Shown: positions 29,831 to 39,626 of the stretch, one piece after another
Layout of the letters: every line of letters begins with the position of its first letter
Position numbering within the stretch: position 1 is the first letter of the stretch
Source of the DNA: an uncultured Actinomycetota bacterium
GTDB taxonomy: Bacteria > Actinomycetota > UBA4738 > HRBIN12
Assembly: GCA_963750945.1 (NCBI GenBank)
Contig: CAVVSH010000004.1
Location: 719,004-783,003, forward strand
DNA: 64,000 nucleotides
Direction of reading: 5' to 3'
Notes under the pieces: generated by a model
Told to the model about the DNA's origin: nothing
Seen by the model: the letters and a program-made list of their open reading frames with translations, nothing else
The model's database searches: none
Translations under genes and position numbers: made by a program

Positions 29831-30279
29831 GTCTCCCCGCGCGTGAGGCGGAACGGTGGGTCTCGCCCACCCCGCAGCCCGTCCGACGTCGTGCGGTCAC
29901 CCCCGCACGCGCGCCCGCGGCGCGCCCGCCGACCCTCAAGCCTCCCCATCCCAATCGGCGGGCGCGCCGCGAGCACCACTCGGCGTTCTGGATCCTGACC
30001 GCGGTGATCGTCTCCGGCATGGTGGTGGGTCTCGTGTCTCTGAACGCCATGCGCGTTGACGCCGCGTACCGCACCCGCTCGGTGTCCGAGCGGGTCCGGC
30101 TGCTGACCGATGAACGTCGAACCCTCGTCAACGACGTCGCGCGACTCTCCTCGCCGTCTCGGATCGGCTCGTGGGCGCGCCGGGAGGGCCTCGTGCACCC
30201 GGCCTCGGGAGACGTGGTGATCCTGCAGGTGCCCGGAACGGCCGGCTCGTCTTCCTCGAAGGACGAGGTCGGGGAGTGA
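29827..30279 (+). CDS. ftsL: FtsL-like cell division protein
   Basis: Single TM followed by a coiled coil (LSSPSRI); position between rsmH and ftsI. Confidence 0.7.
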   Translation: MSLPAREAERWVSPTPQPVRRRAVTPARAPAARPPTLKPPHPNRRARREHHSAFWILTAVIVSGMVVGLVSLNAMRVDAAYRTRSVSERVRLLTDERRTLVNDVARLSSPSRIGSWARREGLVHPASGDVVILQVPGTAGSSSSKDEVGE

Positions 30280-31982
30280 AACGTCCACCCGCGGGCCGCC
30301 TCGTGGCCCTGCTGGGTGCCATGGTGCTGGCGTTGGTCGGCGTCACCGCGCGCTTGGTCACGTTGCAGGTGGGGGACCATCGAGCCTTGGCCGCGCAGGG
30401 GCTCGAGCAACGCGTGCACCCGACGGAGCTGCCGGCCGAGCGAGGCGCGATCGTCGATCGAACCGGCGCGCCCCTCGCGATCACCCTGCACGCGCGGGAC
30501 ATCTACGCGGATCCGCGCTACGTGACCGACCCGGTCGCGGAGGCGAGGAAGATCGCGCGCGTCTTGGACATGCCCGCCCGAGACGTCGAGCGGCGGCTGC
30601 AGACCCCCGACGCGACGTTCGTCTACCTCGGGCGCCAGATCGACGTGAAGGTCGCGGATCGTCTCGAAGCGCTCGGGCTCCCGGGGATCGGCTTCCTCGA
30701 CGTGCCGAAACGCTATTACCCGGCGGGCTCGCTGGCGCCGCAGGTCCTCGGGTTCGTGGGTGTCGACGCGACCGGGCTGGCGGGGCTCGAATACGAGTAC
30801 GAGGATGTGCTCGCGGGCACGTCGGGAACACGCACCGTGGAGCTCGATGGCGACGGCTTGCCGATCGCGAGCGGCATCGAGATCCTCGAGCCGGCGATCG
30901 CCGGGAGGACGCTCGTCACCACGCTCGATCGAGAGGTGCAGTACCTGGCGCAGGAGGCACTCCGGAGGGCCGTGAGGGAGAACCATGCGAAGGGCGGAAC
31001 GATCGTCGTGATGGACGCGCGCACCGGGGACATCTCCGCCATGGCCAGCTACCCGTGGTTCGATCCGAACGATTTCGAGCACGCCCACCGCGAGGCGGTT
31101 CGCAACCGAGCGGTCACCGACATGTTCGAGCCGGGTTCCGTGAACAAGGTCGTGACGGCCGCCGCCGCGCTCGAAAGCGGATCCGTGGGCGTGCGCGAGG
31201 TCTTCCAGGTGCCGTGGTGGATGCGGGTGGGGGGGTACACCGTGAACGACTCGCACTCCCACCCCGTCCAGCCGATGACGCTCGGCGACATCGTCGCGCA
31301 TTCCAGCAACATCGGATCCGCGATGGTGGCCGAGCGGGTCGGCAGCGCCGAGCTCGCCTCGGTCCTCGCGCGGTTCGGCTACGGGAGCCCCACCGGCGTC
31401 GAGTTCCCGGGGGAGGCAGGCGGTGTCGTGCCCGACCTCCTCAACTGGACGGACATCACCCGCGCCACCGCGGCGTACGGCCAGGGCATCTCGATGACGC
31501 CGCTGCAGATGGCCGCCGTGTACGCGACGGTGGCGAACGGTGGGTTGTGGGTCCAGCCTCGCCTCGTTCGTGGGACATCGGAGCCCGACGGACAGCTGGA
31601 CGTCGCGGCCCGTCCTGAGCCGCATCGGGTCCTGTCCGAGGACACGGCGAGGATGCTCACGCGGATGCTCGCGTCCGTCGTGGAGACGGGAACGGGGGGC
31701 GCGGCGCAGATCCCCGGCTACCAGGTGGCGGGGAAGACGGGCACGGCCCGGAAGCTGGTGGACGGCCGGTACGTCCGACGGTACATGGCCTCGTTCGTGG
31801 GGTTCCTGCCGGCGTCGGATCCCCGTGTGGTCATCGTGGTCTCGATCGACGAGCCTCGCACCGTCTACGGCGGGGTGGCGGCGGCCCCGGTGTTCTCCGA
31901 GATCGCGCGCCACGTGATCCAGCGGCTGGCGATCCCTGCCGCACCCCCGGTGCGACTCCCCCCGTTCGCCTCCGATCTCTGA
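30276..31982 (+). CDS. ftsI: Penicillin-binding protein FtsI
   Basis: RGAIVDR, EPGSVNK (SxxK), SSN (SxN), GKTGTA. Confidence 0.92.
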   Translation: MKRPPAGRLVALLGAMVLALVGVTARLVTLQVGDHRALAAQGLEQRVHPTELPAERGAIVDRTGAPLAITLHARDIYADPRYVTDPVAEARKIARVLDMPARDVERRLQTPDATFVYLGRQIDVKVADRLEALGLPGIGFLDVPKRYYPAGSLAPQVLGFVGVDATGLAGLEYEYEDVLAGTSGTRTVELDGDGLPIASGIEILEPAIAGRTLVTTLDREVQYLAQEALRRAVRENHAKGGTIVVMDARTGDISAMASYPWFDPNDFEHAHREAVRNRAVTDMFEPGSVNKVVTAAAALESGSVGVREVFQVPWWMRVGGYTVNDSHSHPVQPMTLGDIVAHSSNIGSAMVAERVGSAELASVLARFGYGSPTGVEFPGEAGGVVPDLLNWTDITRATAAYGQGISMTPLQMAAVYATVANGGLWVQPRLVRGTSEPDGQLDVAARPEPHRVLSEDTARMLTRMLASVVETGTGGAAQIPGYQVAGKTGTARKLVDGRYVRRYMASFVGFLPASDPRVVIVVSIDEPRTVYGGVAAAPVFSEIARHVIQRLAIPAAPPVRLPPFASDL

Positions 31983-32024
31983 GGCTGCCGGTCTCGCGAC
32001 CAGGCCCCGGTACGCTGGACGGCG

Positions 32025-33485
32025 GTGAGACGTCTTCCCCACGTGCCGCTGTCCGCGGTCGCGGCCGCCGTGACCGGCGCCGAGATTCGCGGTGACGCAA
32101 GCGTCCCGGTCGGCGAGGCCACGTTCGACTCTCGTCAGGTGGTTCCGGGTGCCCTGTTCTTCTGCGTGCCCGGCGCCCGGGCCGACGGGCACGACTTCGC
32201 CGGAGTCGCTGCTCGTTCGGGGGCGGTCGCGACGGTGGTGGAGCGGTGGCTCGACCTCGACCTTCCGCAGGTCCTGGTCCCTTCCGCCCGGTGGGCGATG
32301 GGGCCGATGTCGGCCGTGGTGTTCGGCGAGCCGGCCCGGACGCTCACGATCGTGGGAGTGACCGGTACCAACGGCAAGACGACGGTCGTCCATCTGCTCG
32401 ACGCGGTGCTCCGGGCCGCCGGACAGCGGACCGGGGCGATCGGCACGGTCGGCGCGCACGTGGCGGGAGACCCGATCCCTCTCGCACGAACCACACCCGA
32501 GGCGCCCGACCTCCAGCGTCTGCTCGCACGGATGCGGGGTGAGGGCGTCACGACCGTGGCCATGGAGGTGTCGTCGCATGCGCTCGATCAAGGTCGGGTC
32601 GAGGGGATGGTCTTCGACGCGGCCGTGTTCACCAACCTCTCGCATGATCACCTGGACCATCACGGCTCGATGGAGTCCTACTTCGCGGCGAAGGCGTCAT
32701 TGTTCGCCCCCGGGCGAACCGAGCACGCGCTGGTGAACCTCGACGATCCGTGGGGAAGGCGTCTCCTCGACCTCGCGGTGCCGGTCACCACGTACGGACT
32801 CGATCCGGGAGCCGACGTCCACGCGGAGGACGTTCGGGCGACGGTGGACGGCCTGGCGTTCCGGGTGGGCGACCGAGAGGTCACGAGCCCGCTCCGGGGC
32901 GCGTTCAACGTGTCGAACTGCCTCGCCGCGATCGCGGCCTCCGGGGTGATCGGCGTGGACGCGGAGGACGCGATCTTGGGCGTGGCGAGCACAGGGCAGG
33001 TGGCGGGCCGGATGGAGCCGGTGGAGGGTGGGCAGGATTTCCTGGTGGTGGTGGATTACGCGCACACGCCGGATAGCATCCGAACAGTGCTTGCCGCGGC
33101 ACGCCCGTTGGCGACGGGCCGGGTGATCGTCGTCTTCGGTTGCGGTGGTGACCGTGACCGCGCGAAGCGGTTCCCGATGGGAGCTGCGGCAACGGAGGGA
33201 GCTGATCTCACGGTCATCACCACCGACAATCCACGCTCCGAGGACCCCAACGACATCATCGTCGATGTCGTGCGGGGGGCCGCAGCAAGCGGCGGACGCT
33301 ACGTCGTCGAGCCGGATCGCCGTTCGGCGATCCGGCTCGCGCTGGGCGAGGCGTCTCCCGGAGACGTCGTCATCGTTGCGGGGAAGGGCCACGAGTCGGA
33401 GCAGGAGCTGGCCGGCGGATCGGTGCCGTTCGACGACCGCGTGGTCGTCCACGAAGAGCTCGAGAGCCTGCGGGGTTCCGAGTGA
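32025..33485 (+). CDS. murE: UDP-MurNAc-dipeptide:meso-DAP ligase
   Basis: GTNGKTT, MEVSSHAL, DYAHTPD, DAP-specific DNPR. Confidence 0.95.
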   Translation: MRRLPHVPLSAVAAAVTGAEIRGDASVPVGEATFDSRQVVPGALFFCVPGARADGHDFAGVAARSGAVATVVERWLDLDLPQVLVPSARWAMGPMSAVVFGEPARTLTIVGVTGTNGKTTVVHLLDAVLRAAGQRTGAIGTVGAHVAGDPIPLARTTPEAPDLQRLLARMRGEGVTTVAMEVSSHALDQGRVEGMVFDAAVFTNLSHDHLDHHGSMESYFAAKASLFAPGRTEHALVNLDDPWGRRLLDLAVPVTTYGLDPGADVHAEDVRATVDGLAFRVGDREVTSPLRGAFNVSNCLAAIAASGVIGVDAEDAILGVASTGQVAGRMEPVEGGQDFLVVVDYAHTPDSIRTVLAAARPLATGRVIVVFGCGGDRDRAKRFPMGAAATEGADLTVITTDNPRSEDPNDIIVDVVRGAAASGGRYVVEPDRRSAIRLALGEASPGDVVIVAGKGHESEQELAGGSVPFDDRVVVHEELESLRGSE

Positions 33486-34855
33486 GGCCGAGGCGGCTCG
33501 CAGAGGTGGCGCTCGCCGTGGAGGGGACGCTCGAGGGCGAGGACGTCGAGGTGCGGTCGGTGACGACCGACTCGCGAGACACGGCTGCCGGTGCACTGTT
33601 CGTCGCACTGTCGGGGGAGCACACGGACGGTCATCGTTTCGTGGATCAGGCGTTCGCCGGTGGGGCGGCGGCGGCGATGATCGACGCGTCGGGGAGCGTG
33701 GGGAGCGACCCCGCGGGACCCGTGGTGCGAGTGGGTTCCACGGCCGAAGCGCTGATGCGCTTGGCCGCCGACGAGCGCACCTCGATGACGGCGACCGTCG
33801 TCGGCGTCACGGGGGCGAACGGCAAGACGTCGACGAAGGATCTCGCGCGCGCGGTCGCGCAGACACGGTTCCGCGTGCACGCGAGCCCGGGCTCGTTCAA
33901 CAACGAGATCGGGCTGCCGATGACCTTGCTCGGCGCGCCCCCCGACTCGGAGGTCCTCGTGGCCGAGATGGGCGCACGACGGCTCGGCGACGTGAAGCTC
34001 CTGTCCGGGATCGCCCGCCCCGACATCGTCGTGGTGACGAACGTGGGCGTCGCCCACATGGAGGTCTTCGGGTCGTGGGCGTCGATCGTCGAGGCGTCCG
34101 CCGAGCCGATCGACGCACTCGGTCCCGACGGGCTCGCGATCTTGAACGCGGACGATCCCATCGTCATCGCCTACGGGGATCGGTGCCCCGGCCGGGTGAT
34201 GACCTTCGGCACTCGCCCCGACGCCGACGTGCGAGCCCGCGACGTCGCGCTGGGGCCCGACGGGCGGGCGTCGTTCCGGCTCTTCTCCGGTGACGCAGAG
34301 ACCGAGGTGACGTTGGCCGTGCCGGGCGAGCACATGGTGTCGAACGCACTGGCCGCCGTCGCCGTCGGGCTCGAGCTGGGCATCCCCCTGGCGGAGGTCG
34401 GCCCCGCGCTCGCGCAGGCGGGCGTGTCCCGCTGGCGGATGGAGACGTTCACGACGGCGTCGGGGGTCCGTGTCCTGAACGACGCGTACAACGCGAACCC
34501 GGAATCCACCGCGGCGGCACTCCGGACCGCGCGGTGGATGGCGGGTAAGGGTCGCCTCATCGCGGTGCTCGGTGAGATGGCGGAGCTCGGCACTATCTCG
34601 GAGGAAGAGCACGACCGGGTGGGTGAACTGGCGGCGCGGATCCGCGTCGACCGGCTGCTCACGGTGGGGGAGACCGCGCGCACGATCGCGCGCGCGGCCG
34701 TCCGGGAAGGGATGGGGTCGGTGGACGTCGCGAGCTACGACGACCCTGCCGACGCGCTCGCGGACATCCGGCGCTCCGCGGCTCCCGGGGACCTGCTGCT
34801 CTGCAAGGGCTCGCGGGTGGCCGGCCTCGAGGCCTTGGCGGAGGCCCTTCGGTGA
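33482..34855 (+). CDS. murF: UDP-MurNAc-tripeptide:D-Ala-D-Ala ligase
   Basis: GANGKTSTK, SFNNEIGLP, NDAYNANPES, KGSR. Confidence 0.95.
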   Translation: MRPRRLAEVALAVEGTLEGEDVEVRSVTTDSRDTAAGALFVALSGEHTDGHRFVDQAFAGGAAAAMIDASGSVGSDPAGPVVRVGSTAEALMRLAADERTSMTATVVGVTGANGKTSTKDLARAVAQTRFRVHASPGSFNNEIGLPMTLLGAPPDSEVLVAEMGARRLGDVKLLSGIARPDIVVVTNVGVAHMEVFGSWASIVEASAEPIDALGPDGLAILNADDPIVIAYGDRCPGRVMTFGTRPDADVRARDVALGPDGRASFRLFSGDAETEVTLAVPGEHMVSNALAAVAVGLELGIPLAEVGPALAQAGVSRWRMETFTTASGVRVLNDAYNANPESTAAALRTARWMAGKGRLIAVLGEMAELGTISEEEHDRVGELAARIRVDRLLTVGETARTIARAAVREGMGSVDVASYDDPADALADIRRSAAPGDLLLCKGSRVAGLEALAEALR

Positions 34856-35922
34856 TCCCGATCCTCGTCGCGGGCGCGGTCGGTCTGGCGGTGACGCTGC
34901 TCGGGACCCCGGTCGCGATCCGCATCTTCCGGACATGGGGGTGGGGTCAGCGGATCCGCGAGGACGGGCCACATACCCACTTCGAGAAGGTCGGCACGCC
35001 CACGATGGGCGGGATCGTGATGCTCGTGGCGCTCGTCGTCGCCTACCTCGCGACGCGGCCCACGATCGCCGCCGGGATCACGTTCAGCCCCGCGGGACTC
35101 GCCCTGATCCTCGCCGCGGTGGGGTTCGGGCTCGTAGGCTTCGTCGACGACTTCCTGAAGGTCCGACGGAAGCGATCCCTCGGGCTGTCGAAGACACAGA
35201 AGTTCTTGGGCACCGCCATCGTGTCGATGCTCTTCGCGCTCGTCGTCGTCGCGTTCTCCGGAGATACCGGCACGTCCACGAGCTTGTCGTTCGTCCGGCC
35301 GACGGCCCTGGATCTCGGTGTCTTCTTCTACGTGTGGGTGTTCGTGGTGCTGACGTCCTCCTCGCACGCGGTGAATCTGACCGACGGGCTCGACGGGCTC
35401 GCCGCCGGTTCCTCGATCCTCGTCCTCGCGGGATACGTGTTCATCGCGTTCTGGCAGTTCCGGCACACCTGTGAAGGGCCCGGACCCGACGTCGCGTGCT
35501 ACGGCGTCGACCTTCTCGCGATGCAGGACACCGCGATCATCGCGGCGGCGATGATGGGCGCCGCCATGGGCTTCCTCTGGTGGAATGCGGCACCGGCGCG
35601 CATCTTCATGGGCGACACCGGCGCCCTGGCGCTCGGCGGTCTGTTCGGCGCCATGGCGATCACGACGAACACACAGATGCTGCTGATCATCCTCGGCGGT
35701 CTCTACGTGATCGAGACGATGTCGGTGATCTTCCAGGTGATCTCCTTCCGGGGGTTCGGGAGGCGGATCTTCCGGATGTCGCCGATCCATCACCATTTCG
35801 AGCTTTCGGGGTGGCCCGAGTTCACCGTGATCGTCCGGTTCTGGATCATCGCGGGCCTCTGCGTCGCGGTCGGGCTCGGCGTGTTCTACGCGGATTTCAT
35901 CGCCCGAGGAGGACTCGATTGA
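34852..35922 (+). CDS. mraY: Phospho-MurNAc-pentapeptide transferase
   Basis: GTPTMGG, NLTDGLDGLA, FMGDTG, PIHHHFEL. Confidence 0.96.
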   Translation: MIPILVAGAVGLAVTLLGTPVAIRIFRTWGWGQRIREDGPHTHFEKVGTPTMGGIVMLVALVVAYLATRPTIAAGITFSPAGLALILAAVGFGLVGFVDDFLKVRRKRSLGLSKTQKFLGTAIVSMLFALVVVAFSGDTGTSTSLSFVRPTALDLGVFFYVWVFVVLTSSSHAVNLTDGLDGLAAGSSILVLAGYVFIAFWQFRHTCEGPGPDVACYGVDLLAMQDTAIIAAAMMGAAMGFLWWNAAPARIFMGDTGALALGGLFGAMAITTNTQMLLIILGGLYVIETMSVIFQVISFRGFGRRIFRMSPIHHHFELSGWPEFTVIVRFWIIAGLCVAVGLGVFYADFIARGGLD

Positions 35923-37268
35923 GCGGGCGGTTCGCGGGGGAGCGAGCGGTCGTCGTCGGTGCGGGGGTCGCCGGTACCGGTTCGGCGCGAGCGCTGTCGG
36001 CGGAGGGCGCCCGCGTCCTCGTGACGGAGACTCGTCCGGAGACCGACGTGCCGGTCGCCGACGAGTTGCGTGCGATCGGCGTCGAGGTCCGTACCGGTGG
36101 ACACGACCGGAGCCATCTCGAGGGCGCCACGCTGGTGGTCACGGGGCCGGGCGTAGCGCCCGACACCGATGTCCTTCGGTGGGCGCGGGAGCGGGGCCTG
36201 CCCATCTGGGGTGAGATGGAGCTCGGCGCCCGCCTTGCGCAGGCGCCGTATCTGGCCGTCACCGGCACGAACGGCAAGACGACCGTCACGGCGATGATCG
36301 AGGCGTGTCTGCGAGCGGGCGGGAGCGACGCCCTCGCATGCGGCAACATCGGCCTCTCTTTCCCCGAGGCGGCCCTTCAGGAGCGCGACGTCCTCGTCGT
36401 GGAGGTGTCGAGCTTCCAGCTCGCCGTCCAGACGTCGTTCCATCCCACGATCTCGGTCCTGCTGAACGTCGCGCCCGACCACCTCGACTGGCACGGCTCC
36501 CTCGAGGCTTACTCGGAGGCGAAGGGAAGGATCCATGCTCTCCAGACCGGGTCCGACGTGCACGTCGGCAACCGCGACGACCCTGCGGCGGCGGAGATCT
36601 CCTCGAGGGCGACGTGCGAGCTTCGCTGGTTCCGTCAGGGGCCGCCGGATGAAGGGGAGGTCGGCTACGTGGGGGAGGAGCTCGTCTCCCGGGTCGATGG
36701 CACCCACCGGCTCGGCGTGATCGACGGCGAGCGAGCCGGGTACCGGGAGGACGCGGCCGCGGGGGCAGCCGTCGCGCTCACCTTCGGCGTGGACCCGGCT
36801 GCCGTGGCGGCCGCGCTCGCGGAGTTCCGGGCCGCGCCGCACCGTGGCGAGGTCGTCGCGACCATCGACGGGGTTCGCTTCGTCGACAACTCGAAGGCCA
36901 CGAACGTCCACGCCGCGGCGGCGGCGATCGACGGCGCCGGCGACGCCGTCTTGATCGCGGGCGGCCGCGCCAAAGGCGTGGATCTCTCTGCCTTGCGGGC
37001 GCACGCGGGCCGCCTCCGGGCCGTGATCGCGATCGGGGAGTCCGCCCCCGACGTCGTGGATGCGTTCGAAGGATCGGTCCCGACGAGCCGCGCGGGATCC
37101 ATCGAGGAGGCCGTGCGGGATGCCTTCGAGGCCGCGGAGCCCGGCGACACCGTCCTGCTGGCGCCGGCGTGCGCGAGCTGGGATCAGTTCACGAGCTACG
37201 TCGAGCGTGGCGAGCGATTCTCGGCGGCGGCCAGGTCGTTGCGGGCGGAGGCCGGCGCACGTGGCTGA
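35919..37268 (+). CDS. murD: UDP-MurNAc-L-Ala:D-Glu ligase
   Basis: TTG start overlapping the mraY stop; GTNGKTT, EVSSFQL, DNSKATN, APACASWDQF. Confidence 0.94.
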   Translation: MSGRFAGERAVVVGAGVAGTGSARALSAEGARVLVTETRPETDVPVADELRAIGVEVRTGGHDRSHLEGATLVVTGPGVAPDTDVLRWARERGLPIWGEMELGARLAQAPYLAVTGTNGKTTVTAMIEACLRAGGSDALACGNIGLSFPEAALQERDVLVVEVSSFQLAVQTSFHPTISVLLNVAPDHLDWHGSLEAYSEAKGRIHALQTGSDVHVGNRDDPAAAEISSRATCELRWFRQGPPDEGEVGYVGEELVSRVDGTHRLGVIDGERAGYREDAAAGAAVALTFGVDPAAVAAALAEFRAAPHRGEVVATIDGVRFVDNSKATNVHAAAAAIDGAGDAVLIAGGRAKGVDLSALRAHAGRLRAVIAIGESAPDVVDAFEGSVPTSRAGSIEEAVRDAFEAAEPGDTVLLAPACASWDQFTSYVERGERFSAAARSLRAEAGARG

Positions 37269-38526
37269 TCGCACGGTCACTCGTCGCCGTCCCAAGGCGG
37301 TCGCCGCCGGATCCCATCTGCGTCTCGTGCGCACCGAGGATCTCATGCGCGCGGCGCCGACCCCGGCGGCCGTCACGCGCCGGAACCTCTCGCTCCTGCT
37401 CGTGCCGGCCGCACTCCTCACGGTGATCGGACTCGTGATGATCCTCTCGGCCGGCTCGATCTCCGCGGTCGAGGGCTACGGCACCAGCTTCTGGTACTTC
37501 AACCGGCAGACGCTGTACGCGGTCGTGGGCGTGGTCGGGCTCGTGGTAACCGCGCGCGTGCCGTACGCCTTCTGGCGCCGTGCCGCGATCCCGATGCTCC
37601 TGGCGGTGCTGCCGGTGATGCTGCTGACACTCCACCCCGCGTTCGGGTCTTCCCTGTACGGCGCCGCCCGCTGGATCGATCTCGGCCCCATCACCCTCCA
37701 GCCGGCGGAGTTCGCGAAGTTCCTGACGGTCTGTGCGGCCGCCGCGATCTTGTCCCGGCCGTGGAAGCATCTCGACCGTCCGCGGGACGCATTCCTGCCG
37801 CTCGGTCCTCTCGTGGCCGTGGTGGCCGGCATCGTGATGCTGCAGAAGGACCTGGGCACGACCCTCATCATCTGCGGGAGCGTCTTCCTGTTGCTCTTCG
37901 CCGCCGGCCTCCGCCTGCGCCACCTCGCGTGGACCGGACTCGCGGGCGTGGCGGTCATGTCGTTCTTCACCTTCGGGACGGCCTACCGGCGCACCCGATT
38001 CCTGGAGGCGTGGCTCAACTGGGAGCTGGATCCCAGCGGTGCGGGATGGCAGCTGCGTCAGGGCCTGATCGCGCTCGGGTCCGGCGGCTGGCTCGGGATC
38101 GGCCTCGGCAACAGCCGTCAGAAGTGGGACTACCTCCCCAACGCGCACAGCGACTTCGTCTTCGCCGTCCTCGGGGAGGAGCTCGGGCTGATCGGCGCGC
38201 TGGCGGTCCTGACGCTGTTCGGGATGCTGCTCTTCGCCGGCATCCGCATCGCGGTGAACGCACCGGACACGTTCGGCCGGTTGTTGGCCGCGGGGATCAC
38301 CGGCTGGATCGGGCTGCAGACCCTCGTGAACCTCGGGGCCGTCACCGGACTCCTGCCGATCACGGGCGTCCCGCTGCCGTTCCTCTCGTTCGGGGGGACC
38401 GCCCTCGTGGTCACCCTCGCCGGGGTGGGTGTCATGGCGAGCGTGGCGCTCGAGGGCGTGCGATCCGCGGAAAGGAGGCACATCCGCGATCGGCGCCGCC
38501 AGGGCGGCGAGGGGAGTCGGCGGTGA
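37261..38526 (+). CDS. ftsW: SEDS peptidoglycan polymerase FtsW
   Basis: QPAEFAK, QKDLGT, PNAHSDFVFA, GVPLPFLSFGG. Confidence 0.94.
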   Translation: MADRTVTRRRPKAVAAGSHLRLVRTEDLMRAAPTPAAVTRRNLSLLLVPAALLTVIGLVMILSAGSISAVEGYGTSFWYFNRQTLYAVVGVVGLVVTARVPYAFWRRAAIPMLLAVLPVMLLTLHPAFGSSLYGAARWIDLGPITLQPAEFAKFLTVCAAAAILSRPWKHLDRPRDAFLPLGPLVAVVAGIVMLQKDLGTTLIICGSVFLLLFAAGLRLRHLAWTGLAGVAVMSFFTFGTAYRRTRFLEAWLNWELDPSGAGWQLRQGLIALGSGGWLGIGLGNSRQKWDYLPNAHSDFVFAVLGEELGLIGALAVLTLFGMLLFAGIRIAVNAPDTFGRLLAAGITGWIGLQTLVNLGAVTGLLPITGVPLPFLSFGGTALVVTLAGVGVMASVALEGVRSAERRHIRDRRRQGGEGSRR

Positions 38527-39626
38527 GGATCGTGATCGCCGGCGGCGGCACGGCCGGGCACATCTCCCCTTCGATCGCGGTGGCCGACCGTCTGCGTGAC
38601 GACGGAGCGACCGTCGGATTCATCGGCTCCCCGGAAGGACAGGAAGCCGCGATCGTGCCGGCCGCCGGCTACCGGTTCCATCCCGTCGCGGCGGCGCCGT
38701 TCCGCCGCGAGCTCTCTCTGCGGTCGGCGGCCGCCCCGTTCGTGGCGATGCGCTCGGTGGTGACCTCCCGGCCGATCGTGCGTGGGGCGGATGCGGTGCT
38801 GGGCGTGGGCGGATACGCGAGCATCGGGCCGGTGCTCGCGGCACGATCGCTCGGGGTCCCCGTGGTCCTGCACGAGCAGAACGCGATCCCGGGACTCGCC
38901 AACCGACTCCTCGCGAGGCTCGCGACGACGATGGCGCTCACGTTCGAAGACTCGCGCGGCCGACTTCCTCGGTCCGTCCGGACGGAGGTCACTGGACTCC
39001 CCCTCCGCCGCGAGATCCGCGAGGTGGCTATGCGACGGGGCGAGCTCGCCGCGGAGGCGCGACAGGTGTGGGGCCTCGAGGCCGGGCGAACGACGCTGCT
39101 CGTGACGGGGGGGAGTCAGGGGGCGCTGCACGTGAACCGGACGATCGCGGACGCGATCCCGCTCCTGGCCGGGCGATCCGACCTCCAGATCCTCGTGCTC
39201 ACCGGGTCGGCCCACGAGCCGGTTGTCGCCTCGGCCACGAGGCGAGAGATGGAGCTGATCGTGCGGACCGTGGCGTTCCTCGAACGGATGGAGCTCGCCC
39301 TCGCGGTCGCGGATCTCGCGGTCGCGCGGGCGGGAGCGAGCACGATCCACGAGCTCGCGGCCTGCGCGATCCCGTCGATCCTGGTGCCCTACCCGCACGC
39401 GACCGACGATCATCAGTCGGCGAACGCGAGGGAGCTGGAGCGCGCCGGTGCCGCCGAGGTGTACCCGGATCGAGCGCTGACGCCGGAGGGGCTCGCTCGA
39501 CGGATCCTGTCGCTCACCGGCGACGCGGAACGGCGGACCGTGATGGCGAAGGCGGGGGAGGGGTGGGCCAAGCCCGATGCCGACGAACGCGTGGCGGAGC
39601 TCGTTCGGGAGGTGGCGAGGCGATGA
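38523..39626 (+). CDS. murG: Lipid II GlcNAc transferase
   Basis: AGGGTAGH, HEQNAIPGLAN, GGSQGA, RAGASTIHE. Confidence 0.95.
   Translation: MRIVIAGGGTAGHISPSIAVADRLRDDGATVGFIGSPEGQEAAIVPAAGYRFHPVAAAPFRRELSLRSAAAPFVAMRSVVTSRPIVRGADAVLGVGGYASIGPVLAARSLGVPVVLHEQNAIPGLANRLLARLATTMALTFEDSRGRLPRSVRTEVTGLPLRREIREVAMRRGELAAEARQVWGLEAGRTTLLVTGGSQGALHVNRTIADAIPLLAGRSDLQILVLTGSAHEPVVASATRREMELIVRTVAFLERMELALAVADLAVARAGASTIHELAACAIPSILVPYPHATDDHQSANARELERAGAAEVYPDRALTPEGLARRILSLTGDAERRTVMAKAGEGWAKPDADERVAELVREVARR

Noticed and set aside
29577-32663. 1028-aa minus-strand ORF across ftsI/murE, and similar long antisense ORFs (13881..16520, 52195..54630, 56564..58867)
   Set aside because: Arg/Pro/Gly-rich shadows opposite well-supported genes, with no recognisable motifs.
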